A stretch of 64,000 bases of DNA from an uncultured Acidobacteriaceae bacterium (GTDB taxonomy: Bacteria > Acidobacteriota > Terriglobia > Terriglobales > Acidobacteriaceae): contig CAVPDX010000001.1 in assembly GCA_963702775.1 (NCBI GenBank), forward strand, positions 115,688 through 179,687, in the 5' to 3' direction. Position 1 is the stretch's first letter. Every line of letters begins with the position of its first letter. The notes below the pieces were generated by a model that made no database searches, had not been told where the DNA came from, and was given only the letters and a program-made list of their open reading frames with translations. Position numbers and translations under genes: made by a program. Of the stretch, positions 29,407-39,151 are shown one piece after another.

Positions 29407-29739
29407 ATGAAGCGCGGGGAACTTCTCGGATCGCTGGAACACATAATCCTGCTGGCGCTGGCCCGTCTGGACGGAGGCGCCCATGGCATGATCGTTCGCC
29501 GCGAGATTGAAGAACGTACCGGCCGCAACATCTCCATCGGTGCAGTGTATGCGACTTTGGAGCGGCTCGAAGCCAAGGGATACGTCAGCTCATTCACCGG
29601 CGAGCCGACCCCGGAACGCGGAGGCCGGGCGAAACGGTTGTTTCGCCTCGAGGCTGCCGGCAAGGGGGCGCTGCAAGTATCGGGGCAAACCATTCGCAAC
29701 ATGACGGCTGGCCTAAAGAGCCGCTGGGAGCGCATATGA
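29407..29739 (+). CDS. PadR-family transcriptional regulator
   Basis: LEHIILLALARLDGGAHGMIVRREIEERTGRNISIGAVYATLERLEAKGYV (winged HTH). The ATG at 29407 is preferred. Confidence 0.85.
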   Translation: MKRGELLGSLEHIILLALARLDGGAHGMIVRREIEERTGRNISIGAVYATLERLEAKGYVSSFTGEPTPERGGRAKRLFRLEAAGKGALQVSGQTIRNMTAGLKSRWERI

Positions 29740-30320
29740 GCCGCAACTCGCCGCCCGCGTTCGCTTGCTGGCTTCTCGAGTCTGTCATACCGGCGCCGTA
29801 TCGAGAGGCTATGCTAGGCGATCTCGTCGAGGAATACACTCTTCGCGCCGAATCTGCTTCGCCACTCGCTGCGTCACGATGGTTTTGGAGTCAAGCCTGC
29901 CGTTCCGCCCCGTCGATGGTTTGGTCCTGGCTGCGAAGCTGGGATTGGCTTATCAGCATGAGCATCGCGATGGGCGTGTACGCGGTCATGCAACTCCTCG
30001 AGTATGCCGCCAACTTGGCCATCTCGAAGTTCGTTGCCCCGCAGCCGACGACCGAAGTCCTTCTTGCGCCGATTGTGTTTCTCGCGGCCACCTCAATGGC
30101 TGGTTGCATCGCGGCACGAATTCGCCGCGGCGCAACGATATTTCTTGCATTGATGGTGATGATTACAGTTGCCGTTCTGATCGCGCTAAAGGTTTGCACA
30201 AGACCCGTACCGTGGTGGTATCAGTTTGGGTTTCTTACTCTCGGACCACTCTCGGTGTTACTCACACCGGCGGTGTTTCGGGGCGAGCAAACCCGCGTGC
30301 TGACGAATCGGCGACCTTAA
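29736..30320 (+). CDS. membrane protein coupled to PadR (ATGA overlap)
   Basis: Start overlaps the PadR stop. Four TM segments are present. Confidence 0.65.
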   Translation: MSRNSPPAFACWLLESVIPAPYREAMLGDLVEEYTLRAESASPLAASRWFWSQACRSAPSMVWSWLRSWDWLISMSIAMGVYAVMQLLEYAANLAISKFVAPQPTTEVLLAPIVFLAATSMAGCIAARIRRGATIFLALMVMITVAVLIALKVCTRPVPWWYQFGFLTLGPLSVLLTPAVFRGEQTRVLTNRRP

Positions 30321-30337
30321 AGAAAGCAAGACCCGGA

Positions 30338-30817
30338 ATGACCAATTCTCTAATTACGAGGAAAACAGCTATGACGCTCAATGTCTGGAAATCGAAACGC
30401 TGGGCCGCTTGCGGTATCGCCTTGGTCGCCTTTACCGCTGGTTCGCTAATCACCGGCCGGTTGGTTCATGCCAACAAAGTTAAGGCCGATAGCAACCGAG
30501 TATTTGAGCTTCGGGTTTATCACGCCCTGCCGGGCAAATTGCCGGCGCTTGAGTCCCGGTTTCGCGACAAGACCTCCAAGATACTCGCCCGGCATAACCT
30601 GAACGTTTTGGGTTACTGGGTGGCCGAAGAGCCTTCAGCGAATTCATTCATTTGGATCGTCGCTAGTTCCAGCCGGGAGGAAGAGAAAAAGAACTGGGAT
30701 GCATTTTTCGCCGACCCGGAATTTCAGGACGTTATAAAAGCTGAGCAGGCCGAAAAAACCGTGGAAAAAGTCGATGCGACACACATGCGTCCCACGGATT
30801 TTTCCATGATCAAGTAA
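30338..30817 (+). CDS. NIPSNAP-family protein with N-terminal anchor
   Basis: VFELRVYHALPGKLPALESRF...NLNVLGYWV. Only the last ~160 codons of track ORF 29765..30817 are credible. Confidence 0.75.
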   Translation: MTNSLITRKTAMTLNVWKSKRWAACGIALVAFTAGSLITGRLVHANKVKADSNRVFELRVYHALPGKLPALESRFRDKTSKILARHNLNVLGYWVAEEPSANSFIWIVASSSREEEKKNWDAFFADPEFQDVIKAEQAEKTVEKVDATHMRPTDFSMIK

Positions 30818-31063
30818 TGCCGCACACCACTGGGCCTTCACTATTTCTTCACTGGCGGGCGGCGATTATTTTGCGTCCGAATGGCACTCACAATAATCTT
30901 CTAACCGGAGGCTAACCGACCGGGTTGTGGCCTCGTCTAATTCAGCGAAGTACTCTGCCTAAAGCGGCCTGGAGATAGCAGGCCCCATTTTGAACAGTCG
31001 TTTTCGGAAGACGGCGCAAGACCTGGGAAGTGAACTGGATTACGGATCAAGTACGGGTGAAAG

Positions 31064-32269
31064 ATGAATCTAACAACGCGCACTAAAGCGCCCCGCCGGG
31101 ATCGCCACCGGGATCGGAAGATGGCTTCCGGTCCACAGGAGCGGCAAAATGGTAAATTCATTTACGTGAAACTTCGCGGTTATTTGGTTCGGAGTCTTCT
31201 ATTGTCCGCCCTTGCGGCCAGCTCAGCCACGCTCGCCTGCTCCAGCCACGCCGAGTCTAATGCCCATGCGGATTCGCAGCCCGCTATGCCAGTGCAGGTG
31301 CAAGAGGCGCAAGCCACCCCGGTGAACGACGCCAGCGAGTACGTTGCTACTTTGAAGTCTCGTGATTCCGCCGTCATTATGCCGCAGGTGGAGGGTCAGG
31401 TCACCAAGATCTTCGTCCACTCCGGCAACTCGGTTGCCGCCGCGACGCCGCTGATGGAAATCGATCCCCTCAAGCAACAGGCCACGGTCAAGAGCCAGGA
31501 AAGCGCGCGAGCCGCGCAGCAGGCCAACCTGGATTTTGCCAAGCAGCAGTATCAGCGCAGCCAGGGGCTCTACTCGGCAGGCGTTGTCAGCAAACAAGAT
31601 CTCGACCAGGCTAAATCCGCGATGGACGCCGCTCAATCCCAGATGGACTCGCTGGATGCTCAAGTGCGCGAGCAGGAGGTGCAACTGCATTACTACCGGG
31701 TGACCGCACCCTGGACCGGCATTGTCGGTGATATTCCCGTGCACGTGGGCGACCGCGTTACCACCACGACGCAGCTCACGACCGTGGACAAGCCCGGCAG
31801 TCTCGAAGTCTACGTATATGTGCCGATTGAGCGCTCGTCGCAGCTCAAGTTGGGACTGCCCGTGCAAGTGCTGTCCAGCGATGGGAAAGTGCTGGCCGAC
31901 AGCCGCGTGAGCTTCGTCTCGCCGCAGGTGGATAACACCACGCAAACCGTGCTGGTGAAGGCGCGCATCGCCAATAGCAACGACGCGCTGCGGCAATCGC
32001 AATTCATCCGCGCGCGCATTGTGTGGGGAACGCACCAGAGCCCGCAGGTTCCCATCCTTGCCGTATCGCGGCTCGCGGGACAGTACTTTGCCTTTGTGGC
32101 CGAGCCGGAGAAGGGCGGTTCGTACGTGGCGCGGCAGAAGCCGCTCAAGGTCGGCCAGACGGTGGGTAACGATTATGAAATCCAGGAAGGCATCAAGCCT
32201 GGCGACAAAGTGATCGTTTCTGGGACGCAGTTCCTGCTCGATGGGGCGCCCGTGATTCCGCATAGCTAG
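31064..32269 (+). CDS. efflux RND transporter periplasmic adaptor (MFP) subunit
   Basis: Lipobox LACSS, barrel-sandwich/coiled-coil signature (...VTKIFVHSGNSVAAATPLMEIDP..., YYRVTAPWTGIVG). The start is uncertain, with a GTG at 31166 also possible. Confidence 0.85.
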   Translation: MNLTTRTKAPRRDRHRDRKMASGPQERQNGKFIYVKLRGYLVRSLLLSALAASSATLACSSHAESNAHADSQPAMPVQVQEAQATPVNDASEYVATLKSRDSAVIMPQVEGQVTKIFVHSGNSVAAATPLMEIDPLKQQATVKSQESARAAQQANLDFAKQQYQRSQGLYSAGVVSKQDLDQAKSAMDAAQSQMDSLDAQVREQEVQLHYYRVTAPWTGIVGDIPVHVGDRVTTTTQLTTVDKPGSLEVYVYVPIERSSQLKLGLPVQVLSSDGKVLADSRVSFVSPQVDNTTQTVLVKARIANSNDALRQSQFIRARIVWGTHQSPQVPILAVSRLAGQYFAFVAEPEKGGSYVARQKPLKVGQTVGNDYEIQEGIKPGDKVIVSGTQFLLDGAPVIPHS

Positions 32270-32273
32270 AGCC

Positions 32274-32370
32274 GGGCTTCGAGCCTCGGCTCTGGAGCCG
32301 CAGTTTTTCAAATCACTTCAGGTGATTCTAAGCAGTTGGGCCGAAGCCCGAAAGCTGAAGCCCGAGGCCG
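32274..32370. repeat. two mutually inverted heptad-periodic arrays (GGGCTTC... / GAAGCCC...) in the MFP-RND spacer
   Basis: 32274-32301 reads GGGCTTC GAGCCTC GGCTCTG GAGCCGC. 32343-32370 reads GAAGCCC GAAAGCT GAAGCCC GAGGCCG. Confidence 0.8.
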
Positions 32371-32378
32371 ATTTTCCT

Positions 32379-35300
32379 ATGTTCGTTGAATTCTTCATCC
32401 GGCGTCCTGTGTTCGCCTCGGTTTGCGCGCTGCTGATTGTTCTGGCAGGCGCGGCGGCAATTCCCACACTGCCCATCGCGCAATTTCCCGATCTTGCTCC
32501 ACCGCAGGTAGGCGTCTCGAGCGCCTACATCGGAGCCAGCGCGCAGACAGTGGAGAGCGCCGTCACCATTCCTCTGGAGCAGCAAATCAATGGCGCGGAG
32601 GGCATGAAATATATGACCTCCACCAGCGGCAATGACGGTTCGAGCAACATTACCGTCACCTTTGATTTGAACCGCAATCCGGATCTGGCCACGGTCGATA
32701 TTCAGAACCGCGTGAACACGGCGCAGGGACGCCTGCCCGCCGCCGTGAAGAATGTTGGAATCACGACCGCAAAGACTTCGCAGAACTTTGTATTCGGCGC
32801 TGCCATCACGGCCGACAACAACAAATACTCGACGCTCTTCATGAGCAATTATCTCGACATCTACGTCCGGGACGCGCTCAAGCGCATTCCCGGTGTCGCC
32901 GACGCGATCGTTTTCGGCGAGCGCAAGTATTCCATGCGCCTGTGGCTGGATCCGGGGCGCATGGCGGGACGGGGACTAACGGCGCCAGATGTGATAAGCG
33001 CTCTGTCGGAACAGAATGTGGAAGTTGCGGCCGGCCAGGTCGGTCAGCAACCCGCCAAGGAAGGACAGCAATACCAGATCAGCGTGCGGGCTGTGGGGCG
33101 GCTGAGCGAAGCCAGTCAATTCGGCAACATCATTCTGAAGACCAATGCGGACGGAACCCTGGTCCGCCTGAAGGATGTGGGCCGAGCCGAGTTGGGCGCG
33201 GAAGACTACAGCTCAGACCTGCAATTCGATGGACGGGATGCGGTTGGCATCGGGGTCACGCAGCTTTCCACCGCAAATGCCCTCGACGTCGACCGCCGGG
33301 CCATCGCGGAACTGGACCGGCTTTCTAAGAGCTTTCCTCCGGGGATGCGCTACAAGCTGGCATTCGATGTCACGGACGCGGTCAAGGAATCCATTCGCGA
33401 TGTGGTCTTCACGGTAGGTGGGGCCATCTTCCTGGTCATCCTGGTGATCTTTATCTTTCTCGGCGACTGGAGGACGACGATGATTCACTTTATCGCCACT
33501 CCGGTTTCGCTCATCGGCACTTTCATCTTTGTGAAGCTGCTGGGTTTCTCCGTCAATACGCTGACGTTGTTCGGCATCACGCTCGCCACCGGCCTGGTCG
33601 TCGACGACGCGATCGTCGTGATTGAGAACATTGAGCGCCATATCGCTGAGGGCGAACACGATTCCCACAAAGCGGCGGCCGCCGCCACGGCTGAGATTAC
33701 CAGCGCGGTCATCGCCACTTCGCTGGTGCTGGTTGCCGTGTTTGTGCCGGTTGCATTCTTTCCCGGAACCACCGGCATCCTGTTTCGCCAGTTTGCGCTG
33801 ACCATCGCATTTTCCATTGCCATTTCCGCCTTCAACGCGCTCACTCTGGCTCCCGTGCTGGCGGCAATCTTTCTGAGCGGCCCTCACCACCAAAAGTGGT
33901 GGTGGCTGCAAAAGTTTGACGACGGTGTCGCTGCCCTCACCCGTGGGTACCGTCGCCTGCTGGGTCACTTGCTGAAATACAAGCTGGCTATGGCAGTGCT
34001 GTTTTTGGCCGCTCTGGGACTCACTTACTGGGTGTTTACGCGTGTCCCAAGTGGCTTCGTTCCAGACGAAGATCAGGGGTACCTCATCATTGTCATTCAA
34101 GCGCCGTCGGGAGCTTCGCTCGAATACACGAAGGCGATAGGCAAGCAGGTTTCCGATTTGCTGAACGATATTCCGGAGGAAGAGGGAACGTTTTCTGTCG
34201 CCGGCTTCAGCTTCGCCGGCAGCGCATCGAACCAGGGTCTGATCTTCGTTCCGCTGAAGCCCTATTCCCAACGCAAGGGCGAAGAGCACACCGCTACGGC
34301 TATTCTGAACCGCATTCGTCCCAGGTTGTTTTCGGTTCCAGGTGCGATTGTTTTTGCAGCGCTGCCGCCTGCCGTCAATGGTCTCGGGACATTCGGAGGA
34401 TTCCAGTTCATCGTGCAGGACCAGTCCGCGCACACGCTTGAGGAACTATCCAACGCGACCCACGGCTTAATGCAGCAAGCTGCCGCACACAAGGAACTGG
34501 TGGGCCTGTTCACGCCCTTTACCGCGAACGATCCGCAATATCTGGTGACTATTGACCGCGAGAAAGCAAAGAGCCTGCATATACCGCTGTCGCAAATCAC
34601 CGACACGCTGGGCGTGTACATGGGCTCGGCCTATGTGAACGATTTTGACTTCAGCAACCGTTCCTATCGAGTCTATGTCCAGGCCGACAAGCAGTTCCGT
34701 TCGGAAGCACAAGACATGAAGCGGTTCTACGTGCGCTCCGATAACGGGGCGATGGTGCCACTGGATAATCTGATCAACATCACGCAGACTACAACCCCGC
34801 AGGTGATCAGCCACTACAATCTGTTCCGCTCGGCAGAAATCGATGGCTCGGCTGCGCCCGGCTACAGCTCCGGGCAGGCGATCGCCGGGATGGAACAGTT
34901 GGCCCAAAAGATGCCGCAAGGCTTTTCGTATAGTTGGACGGGGCTATCGCTGGAAGAACTGCAGGCGGGCGGAACGTCTCTGATTCTGTTTGGATTGGGC
35001 ACGCTGGTCGTGTACCTGACGCTCTCGGCACAATATGAGAGCTTTGTGTTGCCTTTCATCGTGCTGCTGGCCGTGCCCATGGCGTTGCTGGGCGCGCTGG
35101 GAGCGCAGTGGCTACGCGGGTTGCAGAATGACGTTTTCTGCCAGGTGGGATTGGTGATGCTGGTCGGACTCTCCAGCAAGAACGCGATTCTGATCGTAGA
35201 ATTCGCCGAGCAGTTACGGGAACGGGGAATGCCGCTGGTGGAGTCCGCTATTCAAGCAGCCTCGATTCGTTTGCGTCCGATTCTGATGACTTCGCTGGCC

Positions 35301-35486
35301 TTCATCCTTGGCGTCGTTCCTCTGGTCTTCGCCACCGGAGCCGGCGAAAACGGGCGTCACTCCGTGGGCACCACCGTCTTCGGGGGCATGATTATGTCGA
35401 CCGTGCTCAATCTCTTCTTCATCCCCGTCCTGTATCTGATTATCGAAGGGTGGCGGGAACACGGAAGAGCGCCGGAAAAACGGTAG
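32379..35486 (+). CDS. efflux RND transporter permease (AcrB/HAE1-like)
   Basis: MFVEFFIRRPVFA start and a 12-TM architecture with two large periplasmic loops. 1035 aa. Confidence 0.92.
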   Translation: MFVEFFIRRPVFASVCALLIVLAGAAAIPTLPIAQFPDLAPPQVGVSSAYIGASAQTVESAVTIPLEQQINGAEGMKYMTSTSGNDGSSNITVTFDLNRNPDLATVDIQNRVNTAQGRLPAAVKNVGITTAKTSQNFVFGAAITADNNKYSTLFMSNYLDIYVRDALKRIPGVADAIVFGERKYSMRLWLDPGRMAGRGLTAPDVISALSEQNVEVAAGQVGQQPAKEGQQYQISVRAVGRLSEASQFGNIILKTNADGTLVRLKDVGRAELGAEDYSSDLQFDGRDAVGIGVTQLSTANALDVDRRAIAELDRLSKSFPPGMRYKLAFDVTDAVKESIRDVVFTVGGAIFLVILVIFIFLGDWRTTMIHFIATPVSLIGTFIFVKLLGFSVNTLTLFGITLATGLVVDDAIVVIENIERHIAEGEHDSHKAAAAATAEITSAVIATSLVLVAVFVPVAFFPGTTGILFRQFALTIAFSIAISAFNALTLAPVLAAIFLSGPHHQKWWWLQKFDDGVAALTRGYRRLLGHLLKYKLAMAVLFLAALGLTYWVFTRVPSGFVPDEDQGYLIIVIQAPSGASLEYTKAIGKQVSDLLNDIPEEEGTFSVAGFSFAGSASNQGLIFVPLKPYSQRKGEEHTATAILNRIRPRLFSVPGAIVFAALPPAVNGLGTFGGFQFIVQDQSAHTLEELSNATHGLMQQAAAHKELVGLFTPFTANDPQYLVTIDREKAKSLHIPLSQITDTLGVYMGSAYVNDFDFSNRSYRVYVQADKQFRSEAQDMKRFYVRSDNGAMVPLDNLINITQTTTPQVISHYNLFRSAEIDGSAAPGYSSGQAIAGMEQLAQKMPQGFSYSWTGLSLEELQAGGTSLILFGLGTLVVYLTLSAQYESFVLPFIVLLAVPMALLGALGAQWLRGLQNDVFCQVGLVMLVGLSSKNAILIVEFAEQLRERGMPLVESAIQAASIRLRPILMTSLAFILGVVPLVFATGAGENGRHSVGTTVFGGMIMSTVLNLFFIPVLYLIIEGWREHGRAPEKR

Positions 35487-35540
35487 CGTCGTCAATCTTC
35501 TGCGGGGCGATGGTAGCGCCGTCTCGGCTGGGAGCCGGCA

Positions 35541-36050
35541 TTACATTGTGAGTCTGAATGGGCGCGACTTTAAGCCGCGCCCTTCGCCCGCCGTCTTGGT
35601 CAATTCCAGCTTTTTCTTCTTGCGCGCTTCGCGCCGCCGTACCTTGGCCACCCATTCCCGGGAATACATCGTGCCGCGACACTTCGGAGAGCCGCAGTAG
35701 CACGGCGCAGGGTCGTCGTCATCATAAAGGTTGTAGTCCCAAAGCAGTTCTTCGCCGGCGGCGATGTCGCGAATGGCAAAAATCCACACCCGGTTCTTGA
35801 TTTCATCGATCTCGCAGTTGGGATCGCAGGAATGGTTCAGGTAAGCGCCCAGCCCTTCGCCATCGATGACCGTCTTGCCATCCTCCAAACCGTAGAGGTA
35901 AGTGCGGGGCGCGCCGTCGTACAGCCGGTCGGCCTCCTCCGGAGTGATACGCGGACCCACATACTCGACAAGGCGCGTACCTTTGCGAACCGGCGTAGTG
36001 GTGAACACGCCAACGGAATGAATGCGTGAGGGGCGAACCACAAGGGGCAT
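35541..36050 (-). CDS. SET-domain protein (putative lysine methyltransferase) with basic C-terminal tail
   Basis: NHSCDPNCE, ELLWDYN and the post-SET CYCGSPKCRG. Confidence 0.85.
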   Translation of the reverse strand: MPLVVRPSRIHSVGVFTTTPVRKGTRLVEYVGPRITPEEADRLYDGAPRTYLYGLEDGKTVIDGEGLGAYLNHSCDPNCEIDEIKNRVWIFAIRDIAAGEELLWDYNLYDDDDPAPCYCGSPKCRGTMYSREWVAKVRRREARKKKKLELTKTAGEGRGLKSRPFRLTM

Positions 36051-36129
36051 GCAACTAATTTCGCACGCCTGAGAGGTTTGAAGGAAGACGAAAAACTAGC
36101 AAAGACTTGGCCGCGAAGGATTGGTGCGG

Positions 36130-36759
36130 CTATGGATCATACACCGCACTGCCATAGCCTTGTTTGCGGGCGGAGTCCTGCATGTCTTCCAGATGCTTCC
36201 TCATCTCTTCCAGTTGAGCCTGCATCCCTTCCGCCTGCCGCTGTTTCCGCAGTTGCTGCTCGTTCCACTGGGCGCAGTTTTCAATGCAGTTTGCCGGAGC
36301 AAATTGGATGGACTGCTTGATCTCTCCAATTTGTTTTTGTAAGGAGGCAATCTGATTTTTCTGCGCCGAGATCTGTGAGGTCCAGACTTCCGCTGTCGGC
36401 TTCGCGTCATTTACGGAAGCACTCGCTGGAGCAGCAGTCGAGGTTGAATGTTCCGCGCCCTCCGCCGCCGGCGTGGGCGCCTGCACGGTCGCGGCCTGCG
36501 AGCGAATCACTTCGTTGGTGATGACCTTGACTGGCTTCGCGTCTTTGCCTTGCGCGGTTTTTGACTTTTCCTTTTGTTGGCGCTGCTGGCGGGCGAGGTC
36601 GCCGAGAGAAGGCTCATCCTGGGCGCAGGCCGCAGCGGCAAGCAGGCAGACGGCTACCGCTAAACAAAGCAAAAGCCTCTGCTTCTTGCCCACGGAAAGC
36701 CCTCCTGAGATCGCTCCAGCACATGTTAGCCGTTTAGCATTCATGGCCAGCATTACCAA
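36130..36759 (-). CDS. secreted coiled-coil protein
   Basis: Signal-like LLLCLAVAVCLLAAAACAQ followed by a Gln/Lys/Glu-rich heptad-like C-terminal half. The start is uncertain. Confidence 0.55.
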   Translation of the reverse strand: MVMLAMNAKRLTCAGAISGGLSVGKKQRLLLCLAVAVCLLAAAACAQDEPSLGDLARQQRQQKEKSKTAQGKDAKPVKVITNEVIRSQAATVQAPTPAAEGAEHSTSTAAPASASVNDAKPTAEVWTSQISAQKNQIASLQKQIGEIKQSIQFAPANCIENCAQWNEQQLRKQRQAEGMQAQLEEMRKHLEDMQDSARKQGYGSAVYDP

Positions 36760-37396
36760 CGGACCTTGGCCTTTGCTCCAGAAAGAAATAGTTGGAGCAC
36801 GTGTGCTGGAACTTCTGTGGCCTCCGGATCCGGATGAAAAAAATTTACAGATCGAATCCGCTTAACTCTTTGGAATGAGCAACTTGCAGACTTCGATCTG
36901 CCGTCGATCCGGCTAAAATATTGAATCGAAGGAACTTATTCGCAAAATCTTGGATTGATTGGACTTACGTGGCCTATTCGGTTGTCAAAGAGCGGATAAA
37001 GATTTGGGTTGATTATCGGACGAAGCGGAAGGGCGGCACAAGGGCAGATGTCACAAGGTGTGGCTGTGGATATCTTTGGTTGATCCATGCGGGCGGGAAA
37101 ATATGCATGGGCAGAGCCGCCGCCGGTCGATGGGTCGGTTTCCGAGTAGTTGACCAACGGTCTAGGAAGAGTCGATTCGGGTTGTGAGTGTAATCGCGAT
37201 TTTTCGCCAACCATCATGCTGAGATACATGTAACCGCAAATGCTTCAGCCTGTGCCGCGAAGACCAAAAAAAACCCTGTGTCTCAACACGTTGCAACTGC
37301 GCGACCTGGACGTCGGAATTGGTCAGGCTAAGGCCTGCCGGTCGAGCCGTTGTAGACGATGCTGTAGTTCAACAGCAGATCGCCTGGCAGTCACGT

Positions 37397-38842
37397 TCAC
37401 GGGCGCGCAGGAATGACGACTGGACGACGAGTATTCCGTGATCCGGGAGGGTCATTCAGAACCCAGGAGGCATGGCCGAACGCGTAGAGGTTTTCAGTTG
37501 ATGCGACATATAGGACTCCATCCGCCACGGCGGGCGAGGCATACACCCCAATGCCGGTGTTGAAGCTCCACAGTTTCGCACCCGTACTGGCATTAAGGGC
37601 ATACACGTTGAAGTCGGAGGAGCCAACGTACACCACCCCGTTCGCCACCGCGGGCGAGGACGAGGATTCCACACCGCCGCCGGTCGAGAAGCTCCAGAGT
37701 TTCGCACCCGTACTGGCGTTCAAGGCATACACGTTGTTATCGTAGGAGTTAACATACGCCACGCCATTCGCTACAGCGGGCGAGGCGGCCAAGGCCCCGC
37801 CGGTCGTGAAGCTCCAGAGTTTCGCACCCGTACTGGCGTTCAAGGCATACATGCTGCCGTTTATGGAGTTTACATACACCGCGCCATTCGCCACGGCGGG
37901 CGCGGAGATAAAGTAGCCGTTGTAGCTGCCGGGTGTGAAGCTCCAGAGTTTCGCGCCCGTACTGGCGTTCAAGGCATACACGTTGTTATCGGTGGAGTTA
38001 ACATACACCACGCCATTTGCCACGGCGGGCGCGGACCAGATGTACGAGCCGGTTGTAAAACTCCACAGCTTGGCGCCCGTACTGGCGTTCAGGGCATACA
38101 TGCTGTAGTCGTCGGAGCCAATATATACAACGCCATTCACCACGACGGGCGAGGCGTACACTACGTCGCCGGTCGTGAAGCTCCACAGTTCCGCACCCGT
38201 ACTGGCGTTCAAGGCATACACGTTGTGGTCATCGCAGCCAAAATATACAGCGCCGTTCGCCACAGCGGGCGAGGAGGACACTCCGTTGCTGTTGCCAGTC
38301 GTGAAGCTCCACAGTTCCGCGCCCGTGCTGGCATTCAGGGCATACACCCCGTTGAAGTAGTAAATCGAGCCAACATATACGACTCCATTCACTATTGCGG
38401 GCGAGGAGCTCCCGGTGTCAAGCCTGGCGTTCCAACGAGGAAGGAGGGAGGCGACCCTCGAAGGATTCAGCATATTCTCGTAGGGATTATTCCGGGTGTT
38501 GTCGGGCGTGAAGCCGAATTCCACCCAGTTGGTTTGCACCAAGAAAACGGCCTTCGCGTCGCCGCTGTCGGTCGCGAGCTGCACCACGCTCACCCAATGA
38601 TCTCCCGGCACAGCTGAGGAGGGAACCTGAATGGCAACATTAGAAAACGAACCTGAGCCGTCGGCAAGGGCCGAGGCTTCAAAGGTGGTATCGAAGTAGA
38701 TGTCAATCGAGGCGTAAGTGGAAAAGCCGCTGCCCGAGACGAGGACGTTGGTGGTGGGTGGGCCCACCGCAGGCCCCAGTTGGACCGCGGGCTGGCCAAA
38801 GCAGAAGCTCGCAAGCATCAATACCGCGATTATGGATTTCAC
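37397..38842 (-). CDS. PQQ-like beta-propeller repeat protein with N-terminal Ig/IPT-like domain
   Basis: At least 8 repeats of ...VYALNASTGA[KE]LWSFTTG... plus a signal peptide. Confidence 0.85.
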   Translation of the reverse strand: MKSIIAVLMLASFCFGQPAVQLGPAVGPPTTNVLVSGSGFSTYASIDIYFDTTFEASALADGSGSFSNVAIQVPSSAVPGDHWVSVVQLATDSGDAKAVFLVQTNWVEFGFTPDNTRNNPYENMLNPSRVASLLPRWNARLDTGSSSPAIVNGVVYVGSIYYFNGVYALNASTGAELWSFTTGNSNGVSSSPAVANGAVYFGCDDHNVYALNASTGAELWSFTTGDVVYASPVVVNGVVYIGSDDYSMYALNASTGAKLWSFTTGSYIWSAPAVANGVVYVNSTDNNVYALNASTGAKLWSFTPGSYNGYFISAPAVANGAVYVNSINGSMYALNASTGAKLWSFTTGGALAASPAVANGVAYVNSYDNNVYALNASTGAKLWSFSTGGGVESSSSPAVANGVVYVGSSDFNVYALNASTGAKLWSFNTGIGVYASPAVADGVLYVASTENLYAFGHASWVLNDPPGSRNTRRPVVIPARP

Positions 38843-39151
38843 GATGGTGCCTCCCGCATTCGACGAATTAGTGAATCAAAGAAAAAAGCCGACTTACCAG
38901 CGGCGGCTTTACGCAGCCACCTGCGGTAACTCGGCTGTCTTTAAGTCCACTCAGGGGGCCCGTCGAACTTCTTAAAGACCCGTGGCTTTCCGTCGCTCGC
39001 TACACGCGAGGTTTGGTCTTGAAAAGTCCTTGCCCCGTCAGGCTACGGTGACAATCACTCATTGTCAGTGACTCATATCACGGTTCAGGGTGATCGCAAC
39101 GAAATCGTAAAGCCCCGTGGGAGATATCTAAGTGTCGAGAACAGGCCTCTC

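Noticed and set aside
29765-30337. First 191 codons of track ORF 29765..30817
   Set aside because: They overlap the PadR-coupled membrane protein gene in another frame and are Arg-rich nonsense. The NIPSNAP domain starts at ATG 30338.
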